Origin: an uncultured bacterium
GTDB taxonomy: Bacteria > Krumholzibacteriota > Krumholzibacteriia > Krumholzibacteriales > Krumholzibacteriaceae
Direction: 5' to 3'
DNA: 64,000 nt
Assembly (NCBI GenBank): GCA_963786935.1
Contig: CAWBAN010000004.1
Span: 256,001 to 320,000 of the forward strand
Below, one piece after another: positions 62,873-64,000 of this stretch. The translations under genes were made by a program, and so were the position numbers. The first letter of the stretch is position 1, and every line of letters starts with the position of its first letter. The notes beneath the pieces are model-generated. The model searched no databases. It had not been told where the DNA came from and saw only the letters and a list, made by a program, of their open reading frames with translations.

Positions 62873-64000
62873 ATGTGGAAACGCACGTTATTCGTCATAC
62901 TCGGTCTCGCGTTCCTCGCGTTCGGCTGCTCGGAGGAGGCGTCGACGCCGCTCGCGCCCGCGGGAGAACAGGGACTCGACATCTCGGCGGACGTCCATGC
63001 GACGGCATGGGCGATGGTGAATCAGGCCAAATGGCCGGTGGAAGCAACCGAGAGCGAGCTGGCCGAGGCCGGCCTGAAGGCCGGCGCCCAATCCGTTGTT
63101 CCGCTGTGTAATTTCAACCGTGCCGTGATCGCGGGAGACATCGTGCACTACAGCGCCACGATTATCACGGGGCCCGGGAAATACGACAAGATCGGCATTC
63201 ACCGCGTGGTTCAGGAGAAGAGTCCTTATCGTCCGATCCGGACGAAGAAGGCGTTCTTCCTGCTGCACGGGGATCTCAAGCGTTTCGAGACCATGTGGAT
63301 GCCGGGGCTGTTCTCCTCCAGTCTGCCCGACGACTTCGGTCTCGCCGTATACCTTGCGCGGAACGGCGTCGATGTGTGGGGTATGGACCAGGCCTGGAAC
63401 TTCGTGCCGAGAAGTGAGACCGATTTTTCCTTCTTCGCCGACTGGGGCATCCAGAGGGAGGTCGATCATCTCGAGATCGGGTTGAGCGTCGCGCGTGCCG
63501 CGCGGCTCATCACCGGAAACGGCTACGACAAAATGCTGCTTCTCGGCTACAGCAGCGGCTCCGCCACCGGGTACGCTCTCCTGAATCAGGAGTCGCAATG
63601 GCCCGACTGCAAGCGACAGGTGAAGGGATTCGTCGCGGCGGATCTGGGCGTGCGGTCCGACGATCCGGACTGGATCGCGTCATGGGAAGGCTGGCTGGCC
63701 TACTATCAGGGAACCTACGACGCCGGGCAGTATCAGGATCCCATCTGGATATTCCAGGACGTCGCCATGCTGGCGCGGACCGAGCCTGACGCCGATTCGC
63801 CCTACATCCCAGGATTTACGAACTGGCAATGCGCGCTCTACTACGGGGGCGGACAAATCTTCGGCAATGTCGCCGGTCACTATCACGCCCCGGTCCTGCA
63901 AGATGGGCTGCCCGTCGATTTCCAGTTCATCACGATCGATCAGTGGCTCGATTTCATCACGGCCACCGGCGCGTACGAGCCCATTCTCTTCGAGCGGGAT
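62873..64000 (+). CDS. Alpha/beta-hydrolase lipoprotein, truncated by the window edge (not in the ORF track)
   Basis: GGAGG RBS; MWKRTLFVILGLAFLAFGC lipobox; FLLHG, YLARNGVDVWGMD and nucleophile elbow LLGYSSG; frame open to the end. Confidence 0.8.
   Translation, partial: MWKRTLFVILGLAFLAFGCSEEASTPLAPAGEQGLDISADVHATAWAMVNQAKWPVEATESELAEAGLKAGAQSVVPLCNFNRAVIAGDIVHYSATIITGPGKYDKIGIHRVVQEKSPYRPIRTKKAFFLLHGDLKRFETMWMPGLFSSSLPDDFGLAVYLARNGVDVWGMDQAWNFVPRSETDFSFFADWGIQREVDHLEIGLSVARAARLITGNGYDKMLLLGYSSGSATGYALLNQESQWPDCKRQVKGFVAADLGVRSDDPDWIASWEGWLAYYQGTYDAGQYQDPIWIFQDVAMLARTEPDADSPYIPGFTNWQCALYYGGGQIFGNVAGHYHAPVLQDGLPVDFQFITIDQWLDFITATGAYEPILFERD

Noticed and set aside
1..64000. CRISPR arrays, tRNA/rRNA, IS elements or integrases
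   Set aside because: I noticed no spaced direct repeats, RNA gene signatures or transposase/integrase motifs by eye; short RNAs could have been missed.

Overview
GC-rich bacterial DNA, probably from an FCB-group lineage such as Krumholzibacteriota/Latescibacterota. This is inferred from a FlgD-Ig/T9SS-type C-terminal domain, PorT-like barrels, many lipoproteins and Bacteroidota-style T6SS genes. Left end (1-8.3 kb): LPS/envelope glycosyltransferases, a MacB-type ABC transporter, OmpA and a divergent YchF. Centre (8.4-42 kb): a type VI secretion locus. Its tail and baseplate (TssB, TssC, TssD/Hcp, VgrG, TssE, TssF, TssG, TssK, ClpV, PAAR) look like Bacteroidota T6SS-iii. I cannot recognise the T6SS-iii membrane complex (TssNOPQR), TssJ or TssA. 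Instead the operon ends with a TssL-topology protein, a compact TssM/IcmF-like P-loop GTPase membrane protein and a small VirB10/TrbI-like exported protein, so this is a candidate new or hybrid T6SS subtype. TssG carries an N-terminal PASTA-like domain and is split by a 1-nt frameshift. A putative OmpA/PG-binding metallopeptidase effector lies next to a beta-propeller lipoprotein (likely immunity) and a DUF1795 adaptor. Three membrane Ser/Thr kinases, a PP2C phosphatase and a CsgG/TPR/barrel/LamG module flank the locus. Right part (42-64 kb): secreted proteases, tandem paralogous lipoproteins and porins, a TonB-dependent receptor, and an ECF sigma/CBM48 anti-sigma/CBM48-barrel module with two copies of the promoter motif GTGTAAC-N16-CGTCTCA. 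All calls come from reading motifs by eye; no database search was run.
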